DNA from: Lepidodermella squamata
Lineage: Eukaryota > Animalia > Gastrotricha
Reading direction: 5' to 3'
Length of the DNA: 64,000 bases
Assembly: GCA_047495785.1 (NCBI GenBank)
Contig: JBLDXI010000006.1
Span: forward strand, 248,001-312,000
This document shows, in pieces, positions 39,101 through 50,234 of the stretch. Both the position numbers and the translations under genes were made by a program. The notes beneath the pieces are model-generated. The model did no database searches. It had not been told where the DNA came from and was given only the letters and a program-made list of their open reading frames with translations. How positions within the stretch are numbered: the stretch's first letter is position 1; the number at the start of each line of letters is the position of its first letter.

Positions 39101-40023
39101 CCAACCGAGCCTGCAATGCCTTCAAGGAAATTATCTGGTGATAACTCCCAATTGAAAACGAATGCATCTACTCATATCTGTATTTTTAGATTGGGATTTT
39201 CGACAGTTTTGATACTCCTGCTAAAAACGCGGATGCCTGCCAGGCAGTCGTGAATGCAATCGTGGACACTGTAACTTGAATTTCCTCTTATCGATGATGT
39301 CATGCGATTTTGAACTTTGATGCAGGATCCATTCCAGCTATGCGCGGAAGAGACCCCAATTCTCTGCGTCCCAGCCAACTTAGCCTGTCCTAGTAATACG
39401 GTAATAGACCTGTATACAGCTTTTAATCACAACGCCTTGAGCTTATTATTTGCAGGTCACTGTCACTAAATTTGCCAGTAAGACTGAATGCGAGAAAAGT
39501 ATGTTGTCTTAATTATTTCCCTGGCGATTTTAGAAATGCTTTCTTAGGGCTTGATCCTGCTTGCCAGCCAGACAACCGATTCATTCCTCTATATTTGCCA
39601 AATCTGGATCGGGACGGGGCTGTCGCGGCTTGTGCAAAGTACGGACTACGTCTTGCTATTGTTGATAGCGATCAGAAGCAATCTGAACTCGGGCCACTGG
39701 TCGGTGAGTTGAATTAAGTCAATAGTATTTTCGATATAAAAGCCTTGCAATTGCTTTCAGACCTTCGTTTGGACTGGGGGTGCAATGGTATGTGGATCGC
39801 TGCGATTAGTGAAAGCGGCGAGTACCAAAGCACGTTTTACTGGGACAACACGAACACGTCTCCGCTGGGTTACGTCAATTGGGCTGACAAACAGCCGGAT
39901 TACAAGAAGTCGTGTGACGGCGGGAATAGTCTCTGCGTCCGGGTGGCCTCCGACGGGAAGTGGGACGATGTACCGTGCAATACCAAACTCAATGGCGCTG
40001 TCTGTGAGAAGTCATGCCCTTGA
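36182..40023 (+). CDS. Secreted multi-exon C-type lectin: Cys-rich N-terminal modules plus three CTLDs
   Basis: Signal peptide at 36182 and many short exons. CTLDs with WIG/WIA, NPN, QPD, QPD and FDD/WDD motifs and C..LNGA.CE. Ends CEKSCP* with no TM segment. Confidence 0.8.
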
Positions 40024-40739
40024 CGACTTAAACAAAGTTGGTCGAAGCTATGAAAAGCAGCACACGGCTTTAGTGGATTCATTCTTTAGTGACATGCTAA
40101 TCTGAAACTTGAACAAATTTATTATTTCTGAGATATTAAATAAATTATTCAAATCTGAGGCAGTAATTACCTGTGTTTTCGATTTTCCTCGTTTTCGTTT
40201 GAAATTTCAACAGCTCCGGCAGTTAGAAAATAGGTCCTTGATTACTTTTTAAGCGTAGTTATTTTCGTCTAGATTAATTTTCACGGTTTTCGCGGTTTGA
40301 CAAAACTTGAGAGTCAAGTTTGCCGCCGATGAAATGCCGATGAGAAAAAATGCCGAAATCGATCAGCCGCGAATTTAATTGCGAAAACTACTACGGTATT
40401 CACAGTATTTATACTATTAGGATCTGAATTGATCAACCACTACCTACAAGTTATTTAAGGTTCTTGTCTTATATTTCAGGTATTTTAGCAAATTCAAGGA
40501 TCGTCAGCTTGCCCACCTTTTCGTGTAATATCAGAAAGTTCTGAGCAAATTGATTCTAAACGTCCAAAAAACATTTTTCGTCAGAAATAAAGCCTCGTTA
40601 TGCAATTTTATCTGCATATCAGTCTCAGGTAAAACTGATTTACTGTTACGTAACCTCCACAATATCTACGACTTGACAACATTGAATTCAGGGATTCACT
40701 GTATTTTTCCTAATGTTTAAATTATGTTTTGACCAATTT

Positions 40740-42111
40740 TCAACATGGCAATTTTGTTCCAGTTGCCCCGCGTGACCTCAGCAGATCGGTAGCTGTGGTT
40801 TTTCTATAGCATACCGCGAAATCAAGTGGTGTTCGGCCACTGCTAGTTGTAACATTCAAATTCGCACCCCTGTCGAGTAACAGCCGAATACAGTCCACGA
40901 ACCCGTTCTTAGCCGCCAAAACCAAAGCTGTCGCGTTACCTATATTCGTGGCGTCGATGGTAGCGTTGCGATCGAGCAGAAATCTCACCGCTTCGACACG
41001 CCCATGGTTGGCGGCCTTCATCAACGCCGTCCAGCCTGAATTGTCCCTATTCTCGATCGTAGCGTTGTAGTCTAGCAGTAATTGCAATGCTTCGACGTTG
41101 CCAAGCATGGCCGCCCACATGAAGGCTGTATTTCCGTCAGGGCTATTCTCCTTAGCATCCACATCCGCCCCGCGATCTAAAAACAGTCGAGCGATTTCCA
41201 TGCGCTGTTTAGGTTGCCCGTCACACGTCATCAATCGGTGAAGCAGCGTGCCGTTTTTGATGAAGTTAAATATACGTGTGGCGTAAAGATCCTTAGAATC
41301 GCGCCAGTTGGGGTCGAATTTGCCGCCAGTGGCATTGTCGATTTCCGCCACGAGCCGCCGCACCTGAGCCACGTTCGGCACCCTGCCAAGAGCATCCAGC
41401 AACTGTTCGTACATTTCAAGTACCTGGTATGTCAAAATTCAAATTCGAATGTACTTTCGAATTAGGAATTACGAACATTTTGGTCTAAAATGTAAAATGT
41501 AAGACCGAAACGGGATTTTTCGGAAATTCTGAAGCTTTTCGGGATAAATTGGGACATTTTTGTAATTACCGTTCTCTCAGCCTCGCAATTTCCAGGCCGA
41601 GACCAAGTGCCATTCGCCTGACACTGACTTGTTGGCTGACCCACGACTCGGAAACGCGGGTTGCAGACCAAAGTCCAGATAGACATGAAGATTCTAGATT
41701 CGTCCAAGCTCGTCAGATACCCGTTTTTTATCACAGGAACGGCACCGCAGCCTTTTAAAAAATCAAATATTCAATTGGGTTACGGATGGAAATGCGTGTG
41801 CTAGTACTTATCGGATTACACTCCCCGATTATCGTTGGGCGGAATGGAGGCAAACACGTAGCGAATGCAAGAGGAGCAGAGTAGTTGAAGCCTGGGTTGC
41901 ATTTCAGACCGACGACTGTACCCCTTTCAACCGCGGATCCAGGCTGAAGAACTGTACCAGTATCCTGCGAAGTTTCAGCATCAATCTGCGTGACGTAGCC
42001 TGAGGTGAGAGTTGGAACGGTACAGGCCTGGTCTTGCGCTGTAGCCATGTGGGAAATGCTGACGAGTGTGGCCAGCCCGAGCAACATCGCAGTGATAGAA
42101 GAATACATCAT
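40740..42111 (-). CDS. Secreted 2xSushi/CCP + ankyrin-repeat protein, ~389 aa (exons 42111-41808, 41751-41570, 41423-40740)
   Basis: Signal peptide MMYSSITAMLLGLATLVSISHMATA and two CCP modules. Phase-1 and phase-0 GT-AG introns join them in frame to the ankyrin ORF. No TM segment. Six N-x-S/T sequons in the ankyrin exon. Confidence 0.8.
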
Positions 42112-42901
42112 GAAAACTTAGCTAGAATTCGATCTATATTTTACAGAAATGGCTTGACTTCAGCTTAACACGCTGATGTATCTCTCGGCTGAGTCTTTCT
42201 TCTACTTTCAACTGCGTCCTGGTACTTAGCTTTTATTATACAATTGCTTTCTACAGATTTTAATGCGGATTACGGAGCTTAATACTATGGCGTGAAAGCT
42301 TTGACTCGAGTTGGCAATTTTGGCTTAAGCAAACGTTGGCTATGCAGTTTGCTGTATTTGAGACCATAGACCATAGAGATTGGATTAACCAGACAGGGAA
42401 CTCAAAATGCTTAAAGTCAGTTGAGAATGTTTTCATTCCAAATAATTATTGATGACCAAGAAACTGCTTATTTTAGTTTCTCATCGTGAAAGCTGCCATT
42501 ATGCTTTTTATTGTCACATCGAAAACAGTTTTTTTCGGCGACTCCCCACGAGTTTGACAACGCAGAACCTTGTTCGATTAGGTGCTACCAAACAGGAGTC
42601 CAAAGAGGGTCATAGTTTTGGCTGCGCTTTACAGAAATGACAATTTGGGATGTGCTCTGTTGTCAAATGGCATCAAGTTTCTCAGATGGATTTTGGATAC
42701 AACTCGAGATACTCAGGCTCACAGGCTTATTCGACCATAGTTTCTGAAGGTCCCATGACATGCACCATCGCGTTCAGCACGGTCAAATTGCTGTTTACTT
42801 AATTTACTATGTTTTGTCAAGTTGAAATATTTCTGCTAATCCTAGAAATTTGACACAGAAAATGACACAAATTGCACGAAAAAATTACCAAAAATAAAGG
42901 T

Positions 42902-43874
42902 TTATTGTGGATAATTACATAAAAATAAACCGAAAAATACTGGCATTATGAAGAAGGCGTTAAAATTCAGACTAGAGCAAGCGGCATTTAATGCATTCAA
43001 CAACACAGTAGGCGGCGGTTCAACGTGATTTGTCTCTTCTTTCGTGATCGTAAAATCAACAATATTCATAGGCGGCTCAGTAACAGATAGCTGTTCCCGG
43101 CACGACTGTTTAATCGCCTCGATTTGAGTCTGCTGGATGGGCGAGTCGTAAAACGAGAAGCAGGAAATACTATCGCGGGGCGTCATCATCAACTGCGCCG
43201 ATCGAGGCCCGCCCGGCTTTCGAAACTCGGTCCGGCCTAATGTAACCCCCATGGTCGCATTGCCACCGCTCAATTTCGGCAGTAATCTCTCGGTGATTCT
43301 TATCCAACCCGTGCCAGGGTGAACTTGAAGCATATGCTCAGACGCGTTGTAGATGCAAGCGATGAAAACCCACTCCATTTCGTTCAACTTTTGCTGAATC
43401 GTCAACAGGCCTAGGCTCATTTTGTGCTTCGTATGAATTTTCAACCGGCACTCGTCGTCCAAACTCAGGCTCATGTAATAGTCGTTGATGCTCTCGAAAA
43501 CAACGCCGAGAATTCCGGCGGAATGGTCGCAGGACGTTCGGTAGTAGAACCCGAAACTGAACCCGGTTTTCACGCTGATATTGCCGTAGCTACCGATCCA
43601 TGACGAGTAGTTTTTAACCGAATATGAAGACGAAAAATGGCCGTAAGGACCTGGTTGGTACGTATTCAGCAGAGGCTCGCCGTAGACCAGCGGGTTGGCG
43701 CCATGTACAGTGTCTCTCAGCTTCCAAACCGAGTTCAGCGGCAGGTGTAAGGCTAATGAGTCAGGTTGACGGCTTTGACCTAGTTAACGGACATAATTTT
43801 CAGGTCGAATTTCTTGAAAAAAAGTACTCACAGTTTTTTAATAAGGCGATTATTAGTACCAGTTTTAGCAGCAT
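42902..43874 (-). CDS. Secreted/GPI-type LamG/pentraxin-like protein 3 (2 exons)
   Basis: Signal exon MLLKLVLIIALLKN, phase-1 intron, then DSLALHLPLN...GPYG...KTGFSF...ISCFSFYDSP and a hydrophobic tail. Confidence 0.68.
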
Positions 43875-44311
43875 GATTTTTCAGCTGAGTGACGATGATA
43901 AATTCGCACTTTTTACGCATCCCTCTCAAAATGTATAATAAATATGTGTAACCAGAACGTGATAAATAGGCGCGTAAAACTGATAGATAAGTATTGATTT
44001 GTTTTTCTTACTATATGCATTCCGCACGGTCAGATACACTTCAGATACATCACGCAGCATTTGCAAGGATTTGTTTATCAAATCGGATAGCTTCTTTTTA
44101 TGTTATTTTTACAAAATAGCATGCCCTAAGCTAACTAACCAACCGCTATCTCGCACTTGAGAGTGCGCGCGCAAAAAATATTGAACGCGCGCGCGCAATA
44201 AAAACTACCCACCTTAAAAGTGGTAGTAATACATGGTAATAAAAAACACGCGTGCGTAACAATAGAAAAAGGGGGGCCTATTCATTAACTGAATTTCTCA
44301 CAAGTGAAAAA

Positions 44312-45661
44312 ATGTTGTTATTATTTGTTTTGCTATTGATATCACCTGAGTTGAGTCTAGCAGCTAAAGACGATGCGAGATGGGCGGCTTGGAAGGCGAA
44401 ATTTTCGTATCGAAAAGAGGCGAAATTTTCGTATCGAAAAGAGGCGAAATTTTCGTATCGAAAAGAGGCGAAATTAGGCGAAGAAACGCCGGCGGATGAC
44501 GCGCTTGAGACGATTTTCCTCAATCGTCTCCGCGACATTAATTTATGGCAACGGGATGGTGGTTTTATAGCATTTGGACCTAATGAATTCAGCGCTATGA
44601 CTTGGCGAGAATTCCAGCTTAAAATGCTCGGTTTTTCCGGGTTCGAAAATGACCTGGAAAATAGCGTTCGAACTTACAACGGTGGCCAAGTTCCACGTCA
44701 AAAGCGGCAAATTTTTCCATTATCGAACCTTGTGACCGAACGAAATCCAAGGTCGAATTCAACGAAAAATATCGAATCATCACCGCCCCAAGCTCGAGAT
44801 CTAATCGTCGACCCTTATGTTTTAGTAATTCCTCGAGGTTCCCTGAATGGTGTCCCAATCGATGACGCAATTAAATTACCTGGATCCATCCTAGATTGGA
44901 GGAATAAAGGCGTTATGCAGCCTATTAAAAATCAAGGTGAATGCGCGAGTAGTTTCGCATTTTCGACAACCTCAGTTCTGGAGGCTCGTATCGCGATTCG
45001 AAACGGAAATCGAAAATTGCTACAACCCATGTCCGAGCAGCAAATTATCGACTGCAACCGGCCGGAGAATTCGGGCTGTAACGGCGGTTATAGCTTACCT
45101 GTCTACGACTATTTCCGGTCGATCGGCGGTTATGCGAACGTTTCGTCTTACCCGAATGTTGCAGTCGACTCGAATCGGTGTAGATTTAATAATTCGATGA
45201 AAAATTCGTTTTCGCTACAATTTTACATGCGAGTCGCGGCGAATAACGTGGCGGCTATGGAACTGGCGCTGCAAAGCGGCCCGATTCATGCTGGCGTTAA
45301 GGTGGTTGAGAAATTTCAGTTCTATCAGGGCGGAGTTTTCGAAGATTGGCAATGTGTAAATGTGATGAAAAGTGACCTGAATCACGCCGTTTCTATTGTT
45401 GGTCACGGGAAAGATCCGAAAACTGGGAAGGATTAGTAAGCAATTATTTTTATAATATTGTGTCTGGAATATAGTCGCAATTTTTTTCCAGCTGGATCTG
45501 TCGAAATAGCTGGGGGAAATCTTGGGGTAAGATTACGTTCTGCATGAGTGATTTTCAGCATTATACTTTTTTCCCCAGGTATGGGAGGATATTTCCTGAT
45601 GAAAAAAGGCGAAAACATGTGCGGCGTTGAACTGCTAGTAGATTTTCCGGTAATTGGGTAA
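44312..45661 (+). CDS. C1A cathepsin-like protein with catalytic Cys replaced by Ser (exons 44312-45435, 45492-45526, 45579-45661)
   Basis: QGECASSFAF aligns to QGxCGSCWAF with Ser at position 25 (AGT, 44951-44953). NHAVSIVGHG and spliced YWICRNSWG are retained. Same two intron positions as the 19191 gene. Confidence 0.88.
44394..44475 (+). repeat. In-frame 24-bp tandem repeat x3 (AKFSYRKE)
   Basis: aggcgaaattttcgtatcgaaaag repeated exactly three times plus a partial copy. Confidence 0.9.
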
Positions 45662-45839
45662 ATAAAATCCAATATTTCAGAAAGAACATCAGTTTTTTAC
45701 CGAGCAAGGAAATAAAATTTGAGTCTCTCTCGTCTGTAATTTTTCGAATAAAAGGCAACAATTTTATTTGAATTTCAAAACTAGTTTGGGAAAATGCGAA
45801 AGAACCATTGAAATTGTTCGAAAAAATTCAGAAATGCAA

Positions 45840-47037
45840 TTAGGATTTTCTCTTCATCGGGGCTGATTTTGTTGCGGCGGTGTGGCTTTGCTTCTTATTC
45901 GGCCGTGTAATCGCGACTTTGCCGATGCCGACTCGAGACAGTACGCCAGGCATGAAAATTCGCATTGAAAAGGAGGAAACGGATCCGCCTAACATGATGA
46001 ACGCCGTGTTTCCAGGATAGTCCGTAATAACGCCGTTTTGTTCTTGATCCTAAAATTAAATTAAATTAAAATGTATACATTTATTCGAATAAAATTCACA
46101 AATAATTGTATAATTTTCCAACTCTTTAAAATTATTCGGAAATAATTATGATAATAAATTAAGAATATTACTAAAGGCTTACATCTTGCGAGAGATTCCT
46201 TTCCTCAATCGCATTCAAATCTTTGTCGTAGAAGGCTAGAACGTTGAAGGGTAGTCGCTCCATCAGCCGAAAATCTCGAACACCGAATTGAACCCAGCCC
46301 AGAGCGATGGGCGGCCTCAAAATATCCAGAACCTGGATTCATTTTCAAACAACCAAAGGAAATAATGATAAATTTTGGAAAAATATGAATCTTGACCTAT
46401 AACTTGTTGCTATATAATCTGGAAATTAATGATATTTTCTCACCTCAGGAAATGGAAACTGTTTAGCTAAATTCACAAGCCACCAACAGGGCATTTCACG
46501 CTCGCCATTGTAGATGTAATTGCAATCTTTAGCGAAGGAAATTCCTCCGCAACCACTTTCGTTGACAACTCGCAGGAATTTGTTCGGCGAATCGATCTCA
46601 GACCGGTGCCATTCGATTTTTCTGGAGGGTGTAAACTGCAGTACAAGGCCTCGCTTTCGCATAATGTGCGACCTGGCCAGGCCGATTTGCAAATCTTCAA
46701 GCGCGCCAGGCTTCCGTCGCAAAAGCCGGCATTTCTCGACGCCGAGCTCACGCTCCAGAACACGTGGGAAAAAATGATCCGATCTTATCATGAGTGCCCA
46801 TCTTGCATGAATAGAAAAAAATAATGAATCATGGTAATATTAGAAATTTTAGAAAACCCACGATTTAGCGACTAAGGCGCAGGAGCCGAATAACGTTTTC
46901 GTGTCAACATAGGCCAAAATCATGACAGCCACGTTGTTTGGTAGCTGCCGAAAAAGCCGATCCTGTAAGAAGATCGATTTTGGCGACGACGAGCCGCTGA
47001 AGATGTCGGACTTTCGTTTCCTTGGGGTGAGCGACAT
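45840..47037 (-). CDS. F-box protein with divergent FBA-like domain (4 exons)
   Basis: F-box LPNNVAVMILAYVDTKTLFGSCALVAKSW. Spliced WLVNLAKQFPFPE-VLDILRPPIALGW and YPGNTAFIML. Paralog of the 28974 gene. Confidence 0.7.
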
Positions 47038-47466
47038 TGTAGCAACAATAACTAAATTGCAGCAAGAGAAATTACGACAAAACACGGCTAATAAAAATGC
47101 ATTCGAAAATGCTGGAAAAGCAATTTTTAAGGTGGGCTTTTTGAAAAGAAGTGCGTGGTTTTTGAGGTTTTTGTGCGTAATTTCTGAAAGTGGTAATAAG
47201 AATGTGCGTGACCTCGGCTTCTTTGCGACCTATTTTTATTACATAACACACGCACATTCGGCCACTTCAACGCAATGAAAGTGAAACAAGAGCCATCTTC
47301 TTGACGCTGCCAATTTATTTAGAGTAATTTGTTCGGATTCATTTATCGGTGGAATAACAGCAAAGAGAAAAGGCAAAAAAATCAAGGTGCGAATAAATCG
47401 TCACAGTTCAATCATTAACAGGAAATTGTTGAAATAATAATGGAGGTCTTGATACTTGAGGCGGGT

Positions 47467-48602
47467 TTACTTGTCGTTGCTAGCATTCACCTTGCTCGCC
47501 TTGGCATTGGGTGAGTTCGTCTTGCTGCAAGTTCCATCCTTGACGCAGGTAGCCGTCGTGAAATAGCTGTCTTTCGGCGCCTTACGGACAGCTAAAATGA
47601 ATAAAAATTAAAATAAAAATTAATTATTGATTATTGATTTTTTAAATTGAAAAATAAAATAAATTGAAAGTTGAAAAAACCATGAAATTCACGAAAAAAT
47701 CTTAACAAAATCTAAAAAATTCCGAAAAATTCCAAAAAATCTAAAGAATTCAATTTTTTTTTAAATAATATTTCAAAATTAAATCGGAATAATCTTATTA
47801 CTTAGGGTGTAAGCGAGGTTGGACTGCTGTTTGCCTGGGGCGAAGTCCGCATCGGCGAGAACTCGAGCAGCCGAATGTTCGACGAGTTCAACAATGGGCG
47901 ACGGCTGGTAGACCGAGGTGATGTCGAGCATGTCCTCGCCGTCAAAGTTGACGTCAACCTGGCTGACATCGTAGCTCCACGAGCCGATGACAAACGGGCA
48001 GGCGAGCACGTCATCGTCGAGTTCCTCATCGAAATCGAACTCGCATGACGACTGGAAGTTGACACGCGGCGACCACGTGACAACGCCGTCTGAGGTGACA
48101 ACGACATTAGCGACATCCATGCCGGCTTTTTGGTCGCCCAATTTGTGGTGAACATCGGCGAGATTGGCGAGGTCAGGGCGCCAGACTGAGGGTGATGGCA
48201 GGACGACGGTTTTGAGGCCGGAGAACTGCTCAGGCGACCAGGTGAGGAAAGGATCGGACCACTTCATGCGAAGACGGCTGGCGACGGTGATGGAGGCTTT
48301 CTCCATCTTAATCACGCTTTGAATGGCCAGGGAGACGTTGACCTTCACAGCCTCATCCCTGAAAAATAATTAGAACAAATTGAAATTATTTTAGAAATGT
48401 TCAGGCTTACGCTGTTTTAACAGGTCGACCTTCGACGCCGAGATCGGCGTAGGTCTTCAAAAGATGCTTGGCAAGAGCTTTTTCCGGGACCGGCGATGAC
48501 CCAGCGAAGCAGCAGCCTTGAAGCGGATAAATTAATTAATTGAATTGAGGAATAACTTATAATATTACCAATAATCACTGCCAAAACAATGATCGACTTC
48601 AT
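47467..48602 (-). CDS. Soluble Cys-loop ligand-binding-domain protein (AChBP-like), ~273 aa (exons 48602-48569, 48516-48411, 48358-47802, 47591-47467)
   Basis: Signal peptide, EKALAKHLLKTY...RPV helix, W.DPFLTW, VWRPD, DGVVTW, Cys loop, GSWSY. The last exon ends YTLTVRK...NDK* with no transmembrane helices. Confidence 0.82.
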
Positions 48603-48947
48603 TTTAAAAAATTTAATCACTGTTAACAGATAAAGATTAATATTTTCAGTGGAATAAGTAGAATAATAAATTTGATGAAATGTGTTATTGAATCGCTGAA
48701 ATGCTGTTTCATGCTGATAGCGAGATCGATTTTTTCGAGAAAAATTGAACCGGCACGTGCTCAGCTCATGCCGACGCGCGTCATTGGTTCGATAAAAAAA
48801 TTGAATTTTTCTTATTTTTTCTGAATGAATGAAGCAGAAAAACTGGGCTTCAATCGAAATATGGAGGGTAAATAAATGAAAAAAATCTCCCTTAAAAATT
48901 TAACCATGAAGTGCGTTTCATTCTTGTTTCGAAAAGTTCACGCTGTG

Positions 48948-49999
48948 ATGTACCTCATCCTGTTGTTTCCTTTGTTTTTCGATATTGTCGAAGCGACTGG
49001 ACTAGCCCCGTGTGGCAAATTAATTTCTGAATATTCATTGCCACTTCATGCGCTGAGGTCACATTGGAAAAATTGGGACTATAAGCGAAGTGGCGAAAGG
49101 ATGAACATGCTGAATCGGCCGGCGAATACTTTCAGATTGGCGTCGAATTTTTCGCAAAATACCGAGACAATATTATTCAACAAAAATGTAAAACAATTGG
49201 AAAATTAATCCAAATTAATTCAAATGATTTTTTAACGCAGAACTTCACCCTGAGAGATTTTCTCATCGACATTTACGTCAAATCAGAAATTGTCAATAGT
49301 TTGGAGGGTTTCACTGTTTCACTCGCCAAAGTTCGGGAAGAGTTTTCTCCGGAAACGAGCGATGATAGCGAAGAAATAAGAAATGCTGAAATAGAATCGC
49401 CAGGCTCAGGATCAAGTCCACAACCCTTATCTGAGGGTAAGACTTATCATTTAATTTCGAAATTTATAATTTTTATCATTTTTTCAGAACATCGAGACTG
49501 GGCAAAATTCAACGAACTTTTTGTCAAATTCTCACCCGAAAATTTTCTTTTTATGGCTGAATGGCGCAGAATTCAATCAATCAAAAGGACGAAATTCCAA
49601 TGTGACAACCCCTTTGTTACCACCTGTGGGAGAATTGAGAAATTAATTGGTTCTAATTCGTTGATCAGATATCAAATTAGAGTGAAAAACAACGCTGAAA
49701 TTACTCTGGTAGCGTGCGATCCAGCCGGGCACTGTGACGGGCCATTTTTTGGGAAATGGAATTTGCCAGATTTGGAGGATATTTACGCGAATTTCAGGGT
49801 TACTCTTAGTATTTCCTGCCATGTTGGGGACGTTTCGGATACGGTTGAAATTTACAGCATTCAAGTTTACGACTGTTTCAAGGATGACTTTTACGGATTC
49901 CTGTCCGCTGGATCTCCCGAACTGAGAAGTTGGAAAAGTCCTACTTTCATCATTTTCCTGTTTGTCATAAAGAAAATTCTTCGATTCTATTGTTTTTAA
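48948..49999 (+). CDS. Uncharacterised secreted or membrane-anchored protein (exons 48948-49187, 49241-49436, 49488-49999)
   Basis: Signal peptide MYLILLFPLFFDIVEA, phase-compatible GT-AG introns, several Cys and a hydrophobic C-terminus. No recognisable domain. Confidence 0.55.
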
Positions 50000-50234
50000 T
50001 CAATTTTTGAGGACAACTTTAAAAAATATTTGACATTAAATTCAAAATTGCGTCGTATCGAATATGATGGTTTTTTTTTATTTTTCAAAAATCGTAATTT
50101 GAGATTCGAGTCTCATGAGAGCCTGAGAGGAAGCAGCCGATAAACAGCAGGTAACCAAATTGGCTGATGGAGTATTTTTTCGATTTTTTGATACTCCGTC
50201 GTGAGTTTCGATCCAATTTCGTAGGAACCAATTC

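Noticed and set aside
44312-45661. Calling the Cys->Ser protein a true silicatein and the organism a sponge
   Set aside because: It lacks the silicatein Ser cluster and is closest to the local 19191 paralog (same introns). Cys-loop channels in the window also argue against a sponge.
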